In this document: positions 20,195 through 30,477 of the stretch, piece by piece
How positions within the stretch are numbered: position 1 is the stretch's first letter
Layout: each line of letters begins with the position of its first letter
Notes under the pieces: model-generated
The model's input: the letters and a program-made list of their open reading frames with translations, nothing else
What the model was told of the DNA's origin: nothing
Databases searched by the model: none
Program-made: the position numbers and the translations under genes
Origin: an uncultured Alphaproteobacteria bacterium
Lineage (GTDB): Bacteria > Pseudomonadota > Alphaproteobacteria > Rs-D84
Direction: 5' to 3'
DNA length: 64,000 nucleotides
NCBI GenBank assembly: GCA_944389515.1
Contig: CALXMQ010000005.1
Coordinates: 16,826 to 80,825, forward strand

Positions 20195-20355
20195 AATATA
20201 TAACTCCTTCAATTTTTTGTGTGCAACATAAAAAAATAACACAAAAAGACAAAACGTCAATATTTTTTAACATATATTTGTTGAAAATGGCAAATTATAG
20301 TATAATCTATTGGTTACGAAAAATTTAAGCACTGCTAAGGCATACAATTATGGTT

Positions 20356-22188
20356 ATGAAAATAAGAAACATTGCAATTATCGCACACGTCGACCACGGA
20401 AAAACAACATTGGTTGACAACATGTTAAAACAATCTGGTACTTTTCGTGCAAATGAAAAGGTTGCCGAACGCGTCATGGACAGTGGCGATATAGAACGCG
20501 AACGTGGCATTACAATTTCTGCCAAACCAACATCTATTCAATGGAACGATTACAAGATAAATATCGTAGACACCCCAGGTCACGCAGATTTTGGTGGCGA
20601 AGTAGAACGTATTTTATCCATGGTTGATGGTGTTGTTTTGTTGGTTGACGCCGCCGAAGGTCCACTGCCCCAAACAAAATTTGTGTTATCCAAGGCATTA
20701 AAACTGGGGCTGCGCCCGATTGTTTGCATAAACAAGGTTGATCGTGCTGATGCGCGCCCAGACGAAGTATTGACCGAAACATTTGATTTATTTGATAAAT
20801 TGGGGGCGACCGATTCGCAACTGGATTTCCCATACCTGTATGCATGCGGTCGTGATGGATGGGCCGTGCGTGATTTGAACGATGCACACCAAGATTTAAC
20901 CCCACTGTTTCAACTGATTATTGACCATGTACCGGCACCTGATTGTAATGGCACCCGTTGCCAGATTGATGCGCCATTTTCTATGTTGGCCACAACATTA
21001 GAAGCGGACCCATACGTTGGTCGAATACTGACGGGCAAAATCGAATCGGGCACCGTACGTGTTGGCCAAACTGTCAAGGCGATAAACATGAACGGTGAAT
21101 TGGTTGAAAATGCAAAAATTACAAAAATTATCGAACATCGCGGCATTGAAAAAGTATCTTTGGAATCTGCATCGGCCGGCGATATTGTTGTTGTTGCTGG
21201 TTTTTCACGTGCAACTGTTGCTGATACATTATGCGCCCCCGAAGTAACAGAACCAATTCCTGCGATGCCGATTGACCCACCGACATTGACCATGACATTT
21301 TTTGTGAACACGTCGCCATTGGCTGGGAAATCTGGTAAAAAATTGACATCGCGTATGATTGGCGAACGACTGTTCAAAGAAGCAGAAACAAACATTGCCC
21401 TGCGCGTCACGCAAAGTGCGAACAAAGAATCATTTGAAGTATCTGGTCGCGGTGAATTGCAACTGGGGATTTTGATTGAAACAATGCGCCGCGAAGGCTT
21501 TGAACTTAGTGTATCGCGCCCACGCGTTGTAATGCAAGATGGCGAAAACGGTGAAAAACTGGAACCAATCGAAGAAGTTGTTATCGATGTTGATGATGAA
21601 TTTTCTGGCGTTGTTATCGAAAAAATGACAAAACGCAAGGCAACAATCACAGAAATGAAATCATCTGGCAATGGTAAAACACGCATTGTGTTTTCTGCAC
21701 CATCACGCGGACTGATTGGATATTTATCAGAATTTCGCACTGACACGCGCGGCACCGGTGTAATGAATCGTGTATTTTCTGGATATGAACCATATCGTGG
21801 CCCTATTTCACAATATCGCCCAGGTGTTTTGGTATCAATGGAAAACGGAATTACAACGACATATGCCCTGCATAATTTAGAACCACGCGGCGTATTATTT
21901 GTTGGTCCCCAGACCGAGGTTTATTCTGGTATGATTATCGGTGAACACAGCAAAGAAAATGATTTAGAGGTAAATCCAGTACGTGGCAAAGAACTGACCA
22001 ATGTGCGTTCTGTCACTGCGGACGAAAAATTATTCTTGGCGCCGCCACGTAAAATATCATTAGAAGAAGCACTGTCATACATCCAAGATGACGAGTTGGT
22101 CGAAGTAACCCCTGCAACAATTCGTCTGCGCAAAAAAGAATTGGACAGTAACATCAGAAAGAAAACACGTAAAAACGTTGAAGCATAA
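20356..22188 (+). CDS. typA: Translational GTPase TypA/BipA
   Basis: RNIAIIAHVDHGKTTLVD, DTPGHADFGGEVER, GRGELQL, DDELVEVTP. Confidence 0.97.
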   Translation: MKIRNIAIIAHVDHGKTTLVDNMLKQSGTFRANEKVAERVMDSGDIERERGITISAKPTSIQWNDYKINIVDTPGHADFGGEVERILSMVDGVVLLVDAAEGPLPQTKFVLSKALKLGLRPIVCINKVDRADARPDEVLTETFDLFDKLGATDSQLDFPYLYACGRDGWAVRDLNDAHQDLTPLFQLIIDHVPAPDCNGTRCQIDAPFSMLATTLEADPYVGRILTGKIESGTVRVGQTVKAINMNGELVENAKITKIIEHRGIEKVSLESASAGDIVVVAGFSRATVADTLCAPEVTEPIPAMPIDPPTLTMTFFVNTSPLAGKSGKKLTSRMIGERLFKEAETNIALRVTQSANKESFEVSGRGELQLGILIETMRREGFELSVSRPRVVMQDGENGEKLEPIEEVVIDVDDEFSGVVIEKMTKRKATITEMKSSGNGKTRIVFSAPSRGLIGYLSEFRTDTRGTGVMNRVFSGYEPYRGPISQYRPGVLVSMENGITTTYALHNLEPRGVLFVGPQTEVYSGMIIGEHSKENDLEVNPVRGKELTNVRSVTADEKLFLAPPRKISLEEALSYIQDDELVEVTPATIRLRKKELDSNIRKKTRKNVEA

Positions 22189-23026
22189 ACGTCTGTTTTT
22201 AATCGCCGGATATAATTCGCATAACAAAATTGATGCGGCTTTGGTTTTCATGCTGCAACAATTATCTGAATCCGGCGATATTATTTTTGTTATGGATAAT
22301 GATACAGATAAAACAGAACTAGAAAAAATTTCACCGTATGTTTTATATGCTGATGCGCATCGTCATAACGAATATGATTTTGGTTCATATAAACGTGCAT
22401 ACATGTATGCACGCAACGCGTGCATGTTGGAACATTATGAATTTGTGTATTTAATAAATGATTCTGTATATGGGCCATTGTATCCGATTGAAAAATATTT
22501 TGAACAAATGGAATCGTTTAATACACCTGCATTTGGATTGGTAAAAAATCCGCATAATTCACATCCGCATATTCAATCATGGTTTATTGGCATGCGCCCA
22601 TCTGTATTTTTATCTGATTGGTTTAATGAATTTATAACATCAATAAAACACCAACCAGACAAAGGCGCCATCACATATATGTATGAACAAGGATTTACAC
22701 GTCTACTAAACCGCCAACATATAAATTGGCAATGCATGTTTTCTGCATCTGGGCGCAGTATTTATAACAATGTAAAAAAATTATATAAATCTGGATTACC
22801 ATTTTTGAAAAAGGTGGCCTTTACCCGACACAATGGTCGATTGGGGCGACAAATATTATATATACTAAATCATATCAATGCTGACGCACGTAATTCTATT
22901 CTGGCGTCCGCATCTGATTTATATGGCGACCAATATATCAACTGGCTTTTAACAAAAAATCCAGTTAAAATAATATTCAGAAATATAAAATATTTTCTTC
23001 AAAAAATATGCAAGCAAAAACAATGA
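22178..23026 (+). CDS. RgpF-like rhamnan synthesis protein
   Basis: YDFGSY, LINDSVYGPL, PHIQSWF, YEQGFT, PFLKK. Confidence 0.75.
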   Translation: MKHKRLFLIAGYNSHNKIDAALVFMLQQLSESGDIIFVMDNDTDKTELEKISPYVLYADAHRHNEYDFGSYKRAYMYARNACMLEHYEFVYLINDSVYGPLYPIEKYFEQMESFNTPAFGLVKNPHNSHPHIQSWFIGMRPSVFLSDWFNEFITSIKHQPDKGAITYMYEQGFTRLLNRQHINWQCMFSASGRSIYNNVKKLYKSGLPFLKKVAFTRHNGRLGRQILYILNHINADARNSILASASDLYGDQYINWLLTKNPVKIIFRNIKYFLQKICKQKQ

Positions 23027-23862
23027 AACCAAAATTGAAAAAAATTGCTGCCATTACAATGGCACGAAATGATGAATTTTTCTTGCGCCGTTGGATAAAA
23101 TATTACGGTGACGAAATTGGTTCAGAAAATCTGTACATATACCTGGATGGCACAGACCAAGTTATCCCAAAAAACGCAGGTGCCGCAAACATAAAAAAAT
23201 TACATCATCGCGATATGCCACGCGCAGTGGGCGACAAATACAGAATCGGATTGATGAACGATTTGGCACGCGAATTACTGAAAACATATGACATTGTGAT
23301 TGGTTGTGACTGTGATGAATTTTTAATTGTTGACCCAAAAACAAATAAATCATTGGCTGAATATTTATCTGAAATCAAGATAAAAAATACAGTATCTGGC
23401 TTGGGGCTGGATGTCGGACAAAATATGAAAACCGAATCAGTCTTAGACATGCGGGCACCAATTTTATCACAACGCCAATATGCATTACTGTCCACCCGTT
23501 ATACAAAACCAGTTGTAAAAAACACCCCCCTGGATTGGGGCAGCGGATTCCACAGCATATCCGGTCACAATTTTCATATTGATAAAAATTTATACCTGTT
23601 GCATTTTGGCGCAGTTGACATGCAAATGCTGGAACACAAGGCTGCATCACGTGGCGCCGATTGGTTGGCACACCTGCGCAGACGTGGCAACGGCACGATT
23701 GATGCGGTAACAAAACATCGCGCACATGGGGAACGATGGATGAAATACGCCCGTATCATGCAAACATTTGCACGCCCAATATACGCATTGGATAAACCTG
23801 GGATGTTTGGATTAAAACGTGTTGTAAAAATTCCCACACGTTTCAAAAAATCAAACGTGTGA
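23023..23862 (+). CDS. Glycosyltransferase, GT-A fold (GT2-like)
   Basis: TMARNDEFFLRRWIKYY, DCDEF DxD motif, WGSGFH, LLHF. Confidence 0.8.
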   Translation: MKPKLKKIAAITMARNDEFFLRRWIKYYGDEIGSENLYIYLDGTDQVIPKNAGAANIKKLHHRDMPRAVGDKYRIGLMNDLARELLKTYDIVIGCDCDEFLIVDPKTNKSLAEYLSEIKIKNTVSGLGLDVGQNMKTESVLDMRAPILSQRQYALLSTRYTKPVVKNTPLDWGSGFHSISGHNFHIDKNLYLLHFGAVDMQMLEHKAASRGADWLAHLRRRGNGTIDAVTKHRAHGERWMKYARIMQTFARPIYALDKPGMFGLKRVVKIPTRFKKSNV

Positions 23863-24993
23863 TTTTAACAATTCAACAATTTGTTCAGAAATTAAATCCG
23901 CATCAAAACGATGTAATCCATTACGCGCAATTTTTTTCATCTTTTTTATATCGATATTGCCATTAAACACATCAGACATACATTTGGCCAATTCATCAAT
24001 ATCCCCAGGCTTGAATAACAATCCACCTGCCCCATCATACAAAATTTCACGTGGCCCGTTTTTACAATCCGAAGAAATATTCAACGTTCCCACCGCCGCA
24101 GATTCTGTCAAAACGATTGCAAAACCTTCGCTGTAACTGGATAAAATATTTGCCATTGCGCCACGCATATATCCAAAAGGATTTGATAACGCGCCAGTAA
24201 ACACAATATTTTTTGCGGCACTCAACGAATTTGCTAAATCTTCATACCGATTACGGAAACTGCCATCACCAACAATAAACAATCGTACATCTGGTCTGTT
24301 GTTTTTATTCCAAAACACATCAAACGCACGCAGCAGCGTTGAAATATCTTTATCTGCATACAATCGTGACACACATACAAAATATTTTCCACGCGGCCGC
24401 ACCGCCACCGCGGATTGCGCAGTCACACGTTTCAAATCAATCGGATTATATACCCGAATAATTTTATCAGCATATTTTGGATACAACCGCTTAAATTCAT
24501 CAACGAATCCGTCCGTCAATGCAACCAACGTATTATAATCATCCATATACCGGATATAATTCCCAGATATAAAACTGTTGATAGAAGAATGCCACCAAAC
24601 AATTTTTGGCTGTGATATTTTTTTGAATTCTGAATGAAATTCAAAATTATAATAATCTACGAAAATATCTATATCACCGGCACCACGCACCCGATTACAT
24701 TTACGCAGCCACCACCGATATACGTCGCGACACGCATGCTGAATTATACGCAACAAAAAGAAATGCGACAAATCAGTTCCCAACCACCGCGATGGATATA
24801 ATGCGAATACTTTTACCGCCGGATGTTCATCAAACCACTTTTTATATAACGGTTCTTTGATAACAGCATACGTTATAACAAATATTTCAAATAAATTTGT
24901 TTTTAACAACGCATCCATTGTGCGAATCATCACAGATTCCACACCACCGATTCGCATATCACGAACACAAAATGCAATTTTAATTTTTTTCAT
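23851..24993 (-). CDS. Glycosyltransferase family 4
   Basis: GGVE, YNPID, VSRL..DK, IVGDG, NPF, SYSEGFAIVLTE, GPREIL. Confidence 0.88.
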   Translation of the reverse strand: MKKIKIAFCVRDMRIGGVESVMIRTMDALLKTNLFEIFVITYAVIKEPLYKKWFDEHPAVKVFALYPSRWLGTDLSHFFLLRIIQHACRDVYRWWLRKCNRVRGAGDIDIFVDYYNFEFHSEFKKISQPKIVWWHSSINSFISGNYIRYMDDYNTLVALTDGFVDEFKRLYPKYADKIIRVYNPIDLKRVTAQSAVAVRPRGKYFVCVSRLYADKDISTLLRAFDVFWNKNNRPDVRLFIVGDGSFRNRYEDLANSLSAAKNIVFTGALSNPFGYMRGAMANILSSYSEGFAIVLTESAAVGTLNISSDCKNGPREILYDGAGGLLFKPGDIDELAKCMSDVFNGNIDIKKMKKIARNGLHRFDADLISEQIVELLKSHV

Positions 24994-26014
24994 TTTTGCA
25001 TGTTTTTATAAACTGACAGATTTTGCAACGCAACCGCCGCGCCCAACGTGTTGGCGGTGTATCCAGCGCACCAATTTTTTCTAAATCAATAAATCGTGCA
25101 CGTGCCGCATCCATATCCGCCCGATTATCCATATATTTTATTTTACGGAAAGCCCACTTGATAAAATACCACTTAAAGTTTCGTTCCCACATACGCATTT
25201 GATAATCATTTGCATCTTTTTTATATCGATTATACGCATCTGTTATTCCGTCACACAAACTGTGCAATATGCGCAACTGCTTTGCCGACAACACAATTCC
25301 ACCAAAATTCGGTATATAGAAATACAACGGCAACGGTGCAATCGTCACCCGTGGATTTTTCAGCATTATTGCCGACCACCATGGAAAATCTTCAAATAAA
25401 ATCCCCTTGATAAAAGGCGTATCCGCAATCAGTTCACGCCGATACAGATTTTTCCAGACCTGGCAATGTTTAATCAACCATTTACGTTTTGGGTTAAATG
25501 CATTATGTGCCCGTTCTGTTGCATATGCATAAACATCATCTGTCACCAATGTTTTTATTGCCGCTGGTTGATAACGCTTGTGCAATCGCCCAGGTATAAC
25601 ATTATCAGTATCCATCCCCAATTTATATCGCACCATCAGTTGCGGTCTGTAAATTCTGTCATAAGTAAAAGATACAATATCAGACCCATCGCGCATTGCC
25701 AAAAAATGTGTAATTTCCATTGTTTGCGGATGAATAAAATCATCACTGTCCAAGAACAAAATAAAATCGCCGCATGCGACCTGCATACCGGCGTTACGTG
25801 CATCAGACAATCCGCCATTTTTTTTGGTAACAATTTTGAATCGCGAATCACGCGCCGCATATTCTTCTAAAATTGCGGCCGAATTATCAGGACTGCCATC
25901 ATTTACACATATTGCTTCCCAATCAGTAAAAGTTTGATTCAACACACTGTCCAAACAGCGCCGCAAATATTTTTCAACATTGTATATTGGAATAATAACA
26001 GAAATTGCCGGCAT
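24980..26014 (-). CDS. Glycosyltransferase family 2
   Basis: ISVIIPIYNVEKYL, VNDGSPD, NGGLSDARN, FLDSDD, FED. Confidence 0.92.
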   Translation of the reverse strand: MPAISVIIPIYNVEKYLRRCLDSVLNQTFTDWEAICVNDGSPDNSAAILEEYAARDSRFKIVTKKNGGLSDARNAGMQVACGDFILFLDSDDFIHPQTMEITHFLAMRDGSDIVSFTYDRIYRPQLMVRYKLGMDTDNVIPGRLHKRYQPAAIKTLVTDDVYAYATERAHNAFNPKRKWLIKHCQVWKNLYRRELIADTPFIKGILFEDFPWWSAIMLKNPRVTIAPLPLYFYIPNFGGIVLSAKQLRILHSLCDGITDAYNRYKKDANDYQMRMWERNFKWYFIKWAFRKIKYMDNRADMDAARARFIDLEKIGALDTPPTRWARRLRCKICQFIKTCKNEKN

Positions 26015-26030
26015 ACACACCTCCATATAC

Positions 26031-26939
26031 TTACTTTTTATACATTTTATTTATCATAACATCTGCAAAACTGCCTGGGATTGGATTTTTTGCATGGGCA
26101 TATGTTGTCTTTTGGAAAAAAGCGCCCGATGTTACAGCATCAAAAGTTTTCTGGTCAAATGGTTTATTTGCATAATTCCACCATAACGCATGCGTCGGAT
26201 CTTGATCAATATGCGGCATTTCTGCAAAATATTTTTTAGCACGCGCATCGTTCAAAACCAAAGTCTTGAATAATAATTGATGCATAAAGTAATCAAAGCT
26301 GTGGTTTTCATGAATCCAGTAATCCAAAATCATTGCACGCCATGCATCTAATAAATACGCGCCGCGCCGCGCCCGGATAAAGCAATTTTGCATAAAACTG
26401 TATGGACTGCCTACTTTTTGTCCGGCCATATAAACAAAGAAATCTTGTTCAATAATCCAATCTGGGATTGGTGCTGTGGCAAATCCGGTTGAATCCAACC
26501 AAATTCCACCATGTTCATATAATAATTCCACCCGACAAATATCTGCAAAATGTGCATTTTTTATTTTTCCTGCTGCACGCTTTTTCCAAATAATATCAGG
26601 CAAAGTTATGTATTCACGCAAAGAATTTTCGTCCAATACAACTAATTCTTGTTTACAGTTCTTTCGCACACTGCGAAAACATGCCTGAACCAGCGGCGGC
26701 GCGTTATCTTCGCCTTGCAACCAAATTGTCCAGATTTTTTCATGCTTGTCATCACGCACCACCGGGCGTTCCACCACCGCCGCTGCGGCCGGCAAATACC
26801 GTTGAAAATACCATGGAATTGCATCCGACAACACGTCACTGCGTACTGCACGCCGTGTTTCCCTGTCACGCCAAAACCAGTTCAGTATATGCCCACGAAT
26901 TATTATATCTGATAAAGCACAAAATCTGGCCAATCCCAT
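26031..26939 (-). CDS. Capsular polysaccharide synthesis protein (GT32-like)
   Basis: IWTIWLQGEDNAPPLVQAC, HFADICRVELLYEHGGIWLDST, DYF. Confidence 0.85.
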   Translation of the reverse strand: MGLARFCALSDIIIRGHILNWFWRDRETRRAVRSDVLSDAIPWYFQRYLPAAAAVVERPVVRDDKHEKIWTIWLQGEDNAPPLVQACFRSVRKNCKQELVVLDENSLREYITLPDIIWKKRAAGKIKNAHFADICRVELLYEHGGIWLDSTGFATAPIPDWIIEQDFFVYMAGQKVGSPYSFMQNCFIRARRGAYLLDAWRAMILDYWIHENHSFDYFMHQLLFKTLVLNDARAKKYFAEMPHIDQDPTHALWWNYANKPFDQKTFDAVTSGAFFQKTTYAHAKNPIPGSFADVMINKMYKK

Positions 26940-26949
26940 ATTTATCCCC

Positions 26950-28044
26950 CTATTCCATATCAACTGGCGCCGCATCTGGGATACCAACATCATCGTCATC
27001 AGACGGCCCAGTCGTCATTTCTTCGGCAATACCATTTGCACGCGCCATAATTTTATCTTGCAATTCTTGTTGAACATCTGGATGTTCACGCAACCATTGA
27101 CGTGCGTTGTTTTCACCCTGGCCCATACGTTCATTATTATAAGAATAGAAACTGCCAGCTTTTTCAATCAAATCGTATTTTACCCCCATATCCAAAATTT
27201 CACTGATACGGGAAATACCTTCGCCATACATAATTTTGAAATCAACAGTGCGGAACGGTGGTGCCACCTTGTTTTTTACAACTTTGACCCTGGTTTCGTT
27301 TCCAATAATATTTTCTTTGTCTTTGATTTGCCCAGTCCGACGAATATCCAACCGCACAGACGCATAGAATTTCAACGCGTTTCCACCAGATGTAGTTTCC
27401 GGATTTCCAAACATCACGCCAATTTTCATACGAATTTGATTGATAAATATCAACAACGTATTACTGCGTGATACAGACCCAGCCAACTTTTTCAAACTTT
27501 GTGACATCAAACGCGCTGTTGTTCCAACAAAAGAATCACCAATATTTCCTTCTAATTCAGCCTTGGGTACCAATGCCGCGACAGAATCGATAACAACAAC
27601 ATCAACCGCCCCAGATTTAATCAGCGTATCTGCAATTTCCAACGCTTGTTCCCCAGAATCAGGCTGCGATATAATAAGATTTGCAACATCAACCCCTAAC
27701 TTTTTTGCATAACTGGGATCCAATGCATTTTCTGCATCAATATACGCACACGTGCCACCTTTTTTTTGTGCTTCGGCCACCGCATGTAACGCCAATGTGG
27801 TTTTACCACTGCTTTCTGGGCCATAAATTTCAACGATACGCCCACGCGGATATCCACCAATCCCCAGCGCAATATCCAACCCCAATGATCCAGACGAAAT
27901 CGCTTCTATATTTTGTTGCGACCCATCACCCATTTTCATAATTGCTTCTTTGCCGAATTGCTTTTGAATTTGTGCCAACGCAGATTCCAACGCCGGATTT
28001 TTTGCCGGTGCTGATACTTCTTTTGCTACTTCTTTTTTTGCCAT
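26950..28044 (-). CDS. recA: Recombinase RecA
   Basis: [43 protein letters not shown]. Confidence 0.98.
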   Translation of the reverse strand: MAKKEVAKEVSAPAKNPALESALAQIQKQFGKEAIMKMGDGSQQNIEAISSGSLGLDIALGIGGYPRGRIVEIYGPESSGKTTLALHAVAEAQKKGGTCAYIDAENALDPSYAKKLGVDVANLIISQPDSGEQALEIADTLIKSGAVDVVVIDSVAALVPKAELEGNIGDSFVGTTARLMSQSLKKLAGSVSRSNTLLIFINQIRMKIGVMFGNPETTSGGNALKFYASVRLDIRRTGQIKDKENIIGNETRVKVVKNKVAPPFRTVDFKIMYGEGISRISEILDMGVKYDLIEKAGSFYSYNNERMGQGENNARQWLREHPDVQQELQDKIMARANGIAEEMTTGPSDDDDVGIPDAAPVDME

Positions 28045-28131
28045 AAAACTTCCCCTTTTCTTATCAGGCAAATGATACAAATTATTTATGCCATACGCAA
28101 TGAAAATAAGCCCCATCTGCGCACGACAAAA

Positions 28132-29316
28132 TTACTTTTTGGCAACCACCAACATTGCCGAAATTGCACCGATTACCGCCGTAACAACCCATACCGCAGA
28201 CGTACCACCAAACATGGTAATACACGCCGCCCCTAAAATAGGTGCAATAACATTTGGTAAATTTACACTGGTACGAAACACACCATAAAATTTAGTTTGC
28301 TCTGTCCGCGTTGCACGGTCAAAAAACATTAAATCATGCACAGATTCCATCAACGCCCCAGACACTTGCCATGCAACAAATATCGCCAACAACGGAAAAC
28401 CTGTTACAAACGTCGCCAGCCCAGACAATATTGCAAACGAAGAAAAACCAATCAGCAACCATTTCTCTTTGCCGTATTTACGTACTAACTTTGCCATCAT
28501 ATCAGACAATATTAAATAAGGCACAATACCCAACGTCAAAACCCATCCTAACGCATCTTTGGAAAAACCATTTTCAATAACAACAATCGGTACATATAAA
28601 TATCGCATCGCACGCAACGAATAATATCCAAAATTCACTGCATACGCACGTGGCATACCCGGCCGCCGGAAAAAAGCAACTGCATTTTTGAACAATGCCC
28701 GAAACGTTTTACGTGGGTTCACAGGTTTTATTTTTTTATCTTCTTGAACAATACGGAAAAACTTGAACGCCATCCAACCTGCAAAATATATCAATGCAGA
28801 CGCAAAGAACGCCGCCCTGTTATTAAATTGATTGGCGATTGCAACCGCAATCGTTGGTGCAAACAACGCCCCCACGTTCATCCACAAATGATATCGCGAA
28901 TTTAATTTCGCCATACCAATTTTGCCAGAAAAATCAGACATAAATAATGGTATCAACACCCCAACCAATGTAATCGCAATACCAGTGGTATAATCCAAAA
29001 TAACAAACGTACTGGGGCGTATAGAAAAACTCATCATCGCATAACACGCCGCCAACATCAGCATTGCGAAATAAAACACGCGCACTTTGGAAAACCGGCG
29101 AAATATTTCATTTGCAAATAATCCAACAACCATACAGAACGCGGCATAAATCGCGACATAAATACCAACCACTGCGGAATTTGCAAAAATTTCCATTAAA
29201 ACCAGTGAATAAACCGCATTATAAATACCGTCTGCAAACCCAGTAAATAATCCCAGATTTGCAAACGAAAAACCACTGACCCCACTTTTAACAGAAATAT
29301 ATTTATCCTGCGCCAT
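28132..29316 (-). CDS. MFS transporter
   Basis: About 12 hydrophobic segments in two halves separated by a charged central loop. Confidence 0.8.
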   Translation of the reverse strand: MAQDKYISVKSGVSGFSFANLGLFTGFADGIYNAVYSLVLMEIFANSAVVGIYVAIYAAFCMVVGLFANEIFRRFSKVRVFYFAMLMLAACYAMMSFSIRPSTFVILDYTTGIAITLVGVLIPLFMSDFSGKIGMAKLNSRYHLWMNVGALFAPTIAVAIANQFNNRAAFFASALIYFAGWMAFKFFRIVQEDKKIKPVNPRKTFRALFKNAVAFFRRPGMPRAYAVNFGYYSLRAMRYLYVPIVVIENGFSKDALGWVLTLGIVPYLILSDMMAKLVRKYGKEKWLLIGFSSFAILSGLATFVTGFPLLAIFVAWQVSGALMESVHDLMFFDRATRTEQTKFYGVFRTSVNLPNVIAPILGAACITMFGGTSAVWVVTAVIGAISAMLVVAKK

Positions 29317-29412
29317 ATCGACCATATTATATCATAAAAAATTTCCCACTGCCAGTTACCAGCGAACACATTTGCTGTTGATTTAATTGTCACCTGTGAT
29401 AATATAAAAAAC

Positions 29413-29581
29413 GTTGATGGGCGTTCCATCAATGGGGTGTAGTAACCTCTCGTGATTGTCAGCGATGACACAAAATATCGCCTCCACTTTCGGGTTGGAG
29501 GGTTGTGAATATATTGAATCAACAACACTATTATCACGATAGTTACTAACCTCCAACCACCTATATTTTCGGTGGTTTTTT
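29413..29581 (+). ncRNA. Candidate structured leader or antisense RNA (C4-like) ending in an intrinsic terminator
   Basis: Promoter-like TTGATT and TAATAT upstream; four hairpins including a GCGA tetraloop; internal complementary boxes; aaccacc/ggtggtt with T6. Confidence 0.55.
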
Positions 29582-29609
29582 CATTCGCAATGAAAAAAGG
29601 AGGTTTAGA

Positions 29610-30047
29610 ATGAAAAAACATTTATTATTTGTCGGCATAATGTGCGCTGTGACCATCACACCGGCCATGGCCGTTACAAAATGCGTCAATCTATCTTCTA
29701 CTTCAACCACTTGTGCGGGGAATTTGTCATCATCCACAGGTGCAGATTGGTCGGCAACATGTACCACTAATGGTCAAAGTGTCGATATCAAAGGCGTCGC
29801 CGCATGCACTGCGGCAACCACTGGCCGCCCACCCGTAACAGGGACAGCAAAAACGACACTCAGTGCTAACTTGGCATCCGGAACTGTTGATTGCTATTGC
29901 AAAATGGTCAGTCCTGCCGTATCCAGATGGATTTTTGCTATTCGTCAAGAAAATTGTGGCAGCACCTGTGCAAAAATGTGTGCAAATGTATTGAGTTATT
30001 CTGACCGGGCAATGGCAAAAACAATGTTCAGCAGCCTTAGTGATTAA
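29610..30047 (+). CDS. Small secreted Cys-rich protein
   Basis: AGGAGG SD, signal peptide ending PAMA, CYCKMVSPAVSRW and CxxxCxxxC motifs. Confidence 0.8.
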   Translation: MKKHLLFVGIMCAVTITPAMAVTKCVNLSSTSTTCAGNLSSSTGADWSATCTTNGQSVDIKGVAACTAATTGRPPVTGTAKTTLSANLASGTVDCYCKMVSPAVSRWIFAIRQENCGSTCAKMCANVLSYSDRAMAKTMFSSLSD

Positions 30048-30067
30048 ATAATATAAAAGGATAACCA

Positions 30068-30355
30068 ATGTCGAAATTTCATTTTTTTATAATCAGTTGT
30101 TTATGCATAATATCAACACCTGGTATGGCGATTACACCGTCCACATCGTGCCCATCGGGTTATGTCACAGTAACAGAAGAATATTTAGATATAGCCAGCA
30201 ATTTCTGTACATCTGGATATACATCCGCCGGTACAGCAACCAGTTGCCTGGAATCATCACCAACTGGTTCATGTATTATGTATGCGCCGGCCGGCGTCAG
30301 TTACACAGATTCATCCGGCACATATGAATTTGAACAGGCATGTCCATTGGAATAA
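30068..30355 (+). CDS. Small secreted Cys-rich protein
   Basis: AAGGA SD, signal peptide ending PGMA, duplicated CPSGY/CTSGY motif. Confidence 0.75.
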   Translation: MSKFHFFIISCLCIISTPGMAITPSTSCPSGYVTVTEEYLDIASNFCTSGYTSAGTATSCLESSPTGSCIMYAPAGVSYTDSSGTYEFEQACPLE

Positions 30356-30445
30356 ACATCTGTTATTGTGACCTTTCATCCATTGGCACAAATACCGCAT
30401 ATGCGCGTGGACAATATTTGCAATTTGCAACTTTGCCTTTGCACT

Positions 30446-30471
30446 AAAAAACGGGGCAAATGCCCCGTTTT
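30446..30471. terminator. Bidirectional terminator between the Cys-rich pair and secB
   Basis: aaaacggggca/tgccccgtttt. Confidence 0.75.
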
Positions 30472-30477
30472 GAAATA

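Noticed and set aside
20910-21755. Long antisense ORFs (also 42308-43027, 45027-45704, 34885-35520, 4147-4734 and many others)
   Set aside because: Shadow frames opposite clear genes, with no motifs or translation signals
29413-29581. 6S RNA or retron/DGR ncRNA
   Set aside because: It can be drawn as a long rod, but the alternative pairings overlap a terminator just before an SD, which suits a leader better; no reverse transcriptase is in the window. 6S is not fully excluded without an Rfam scan
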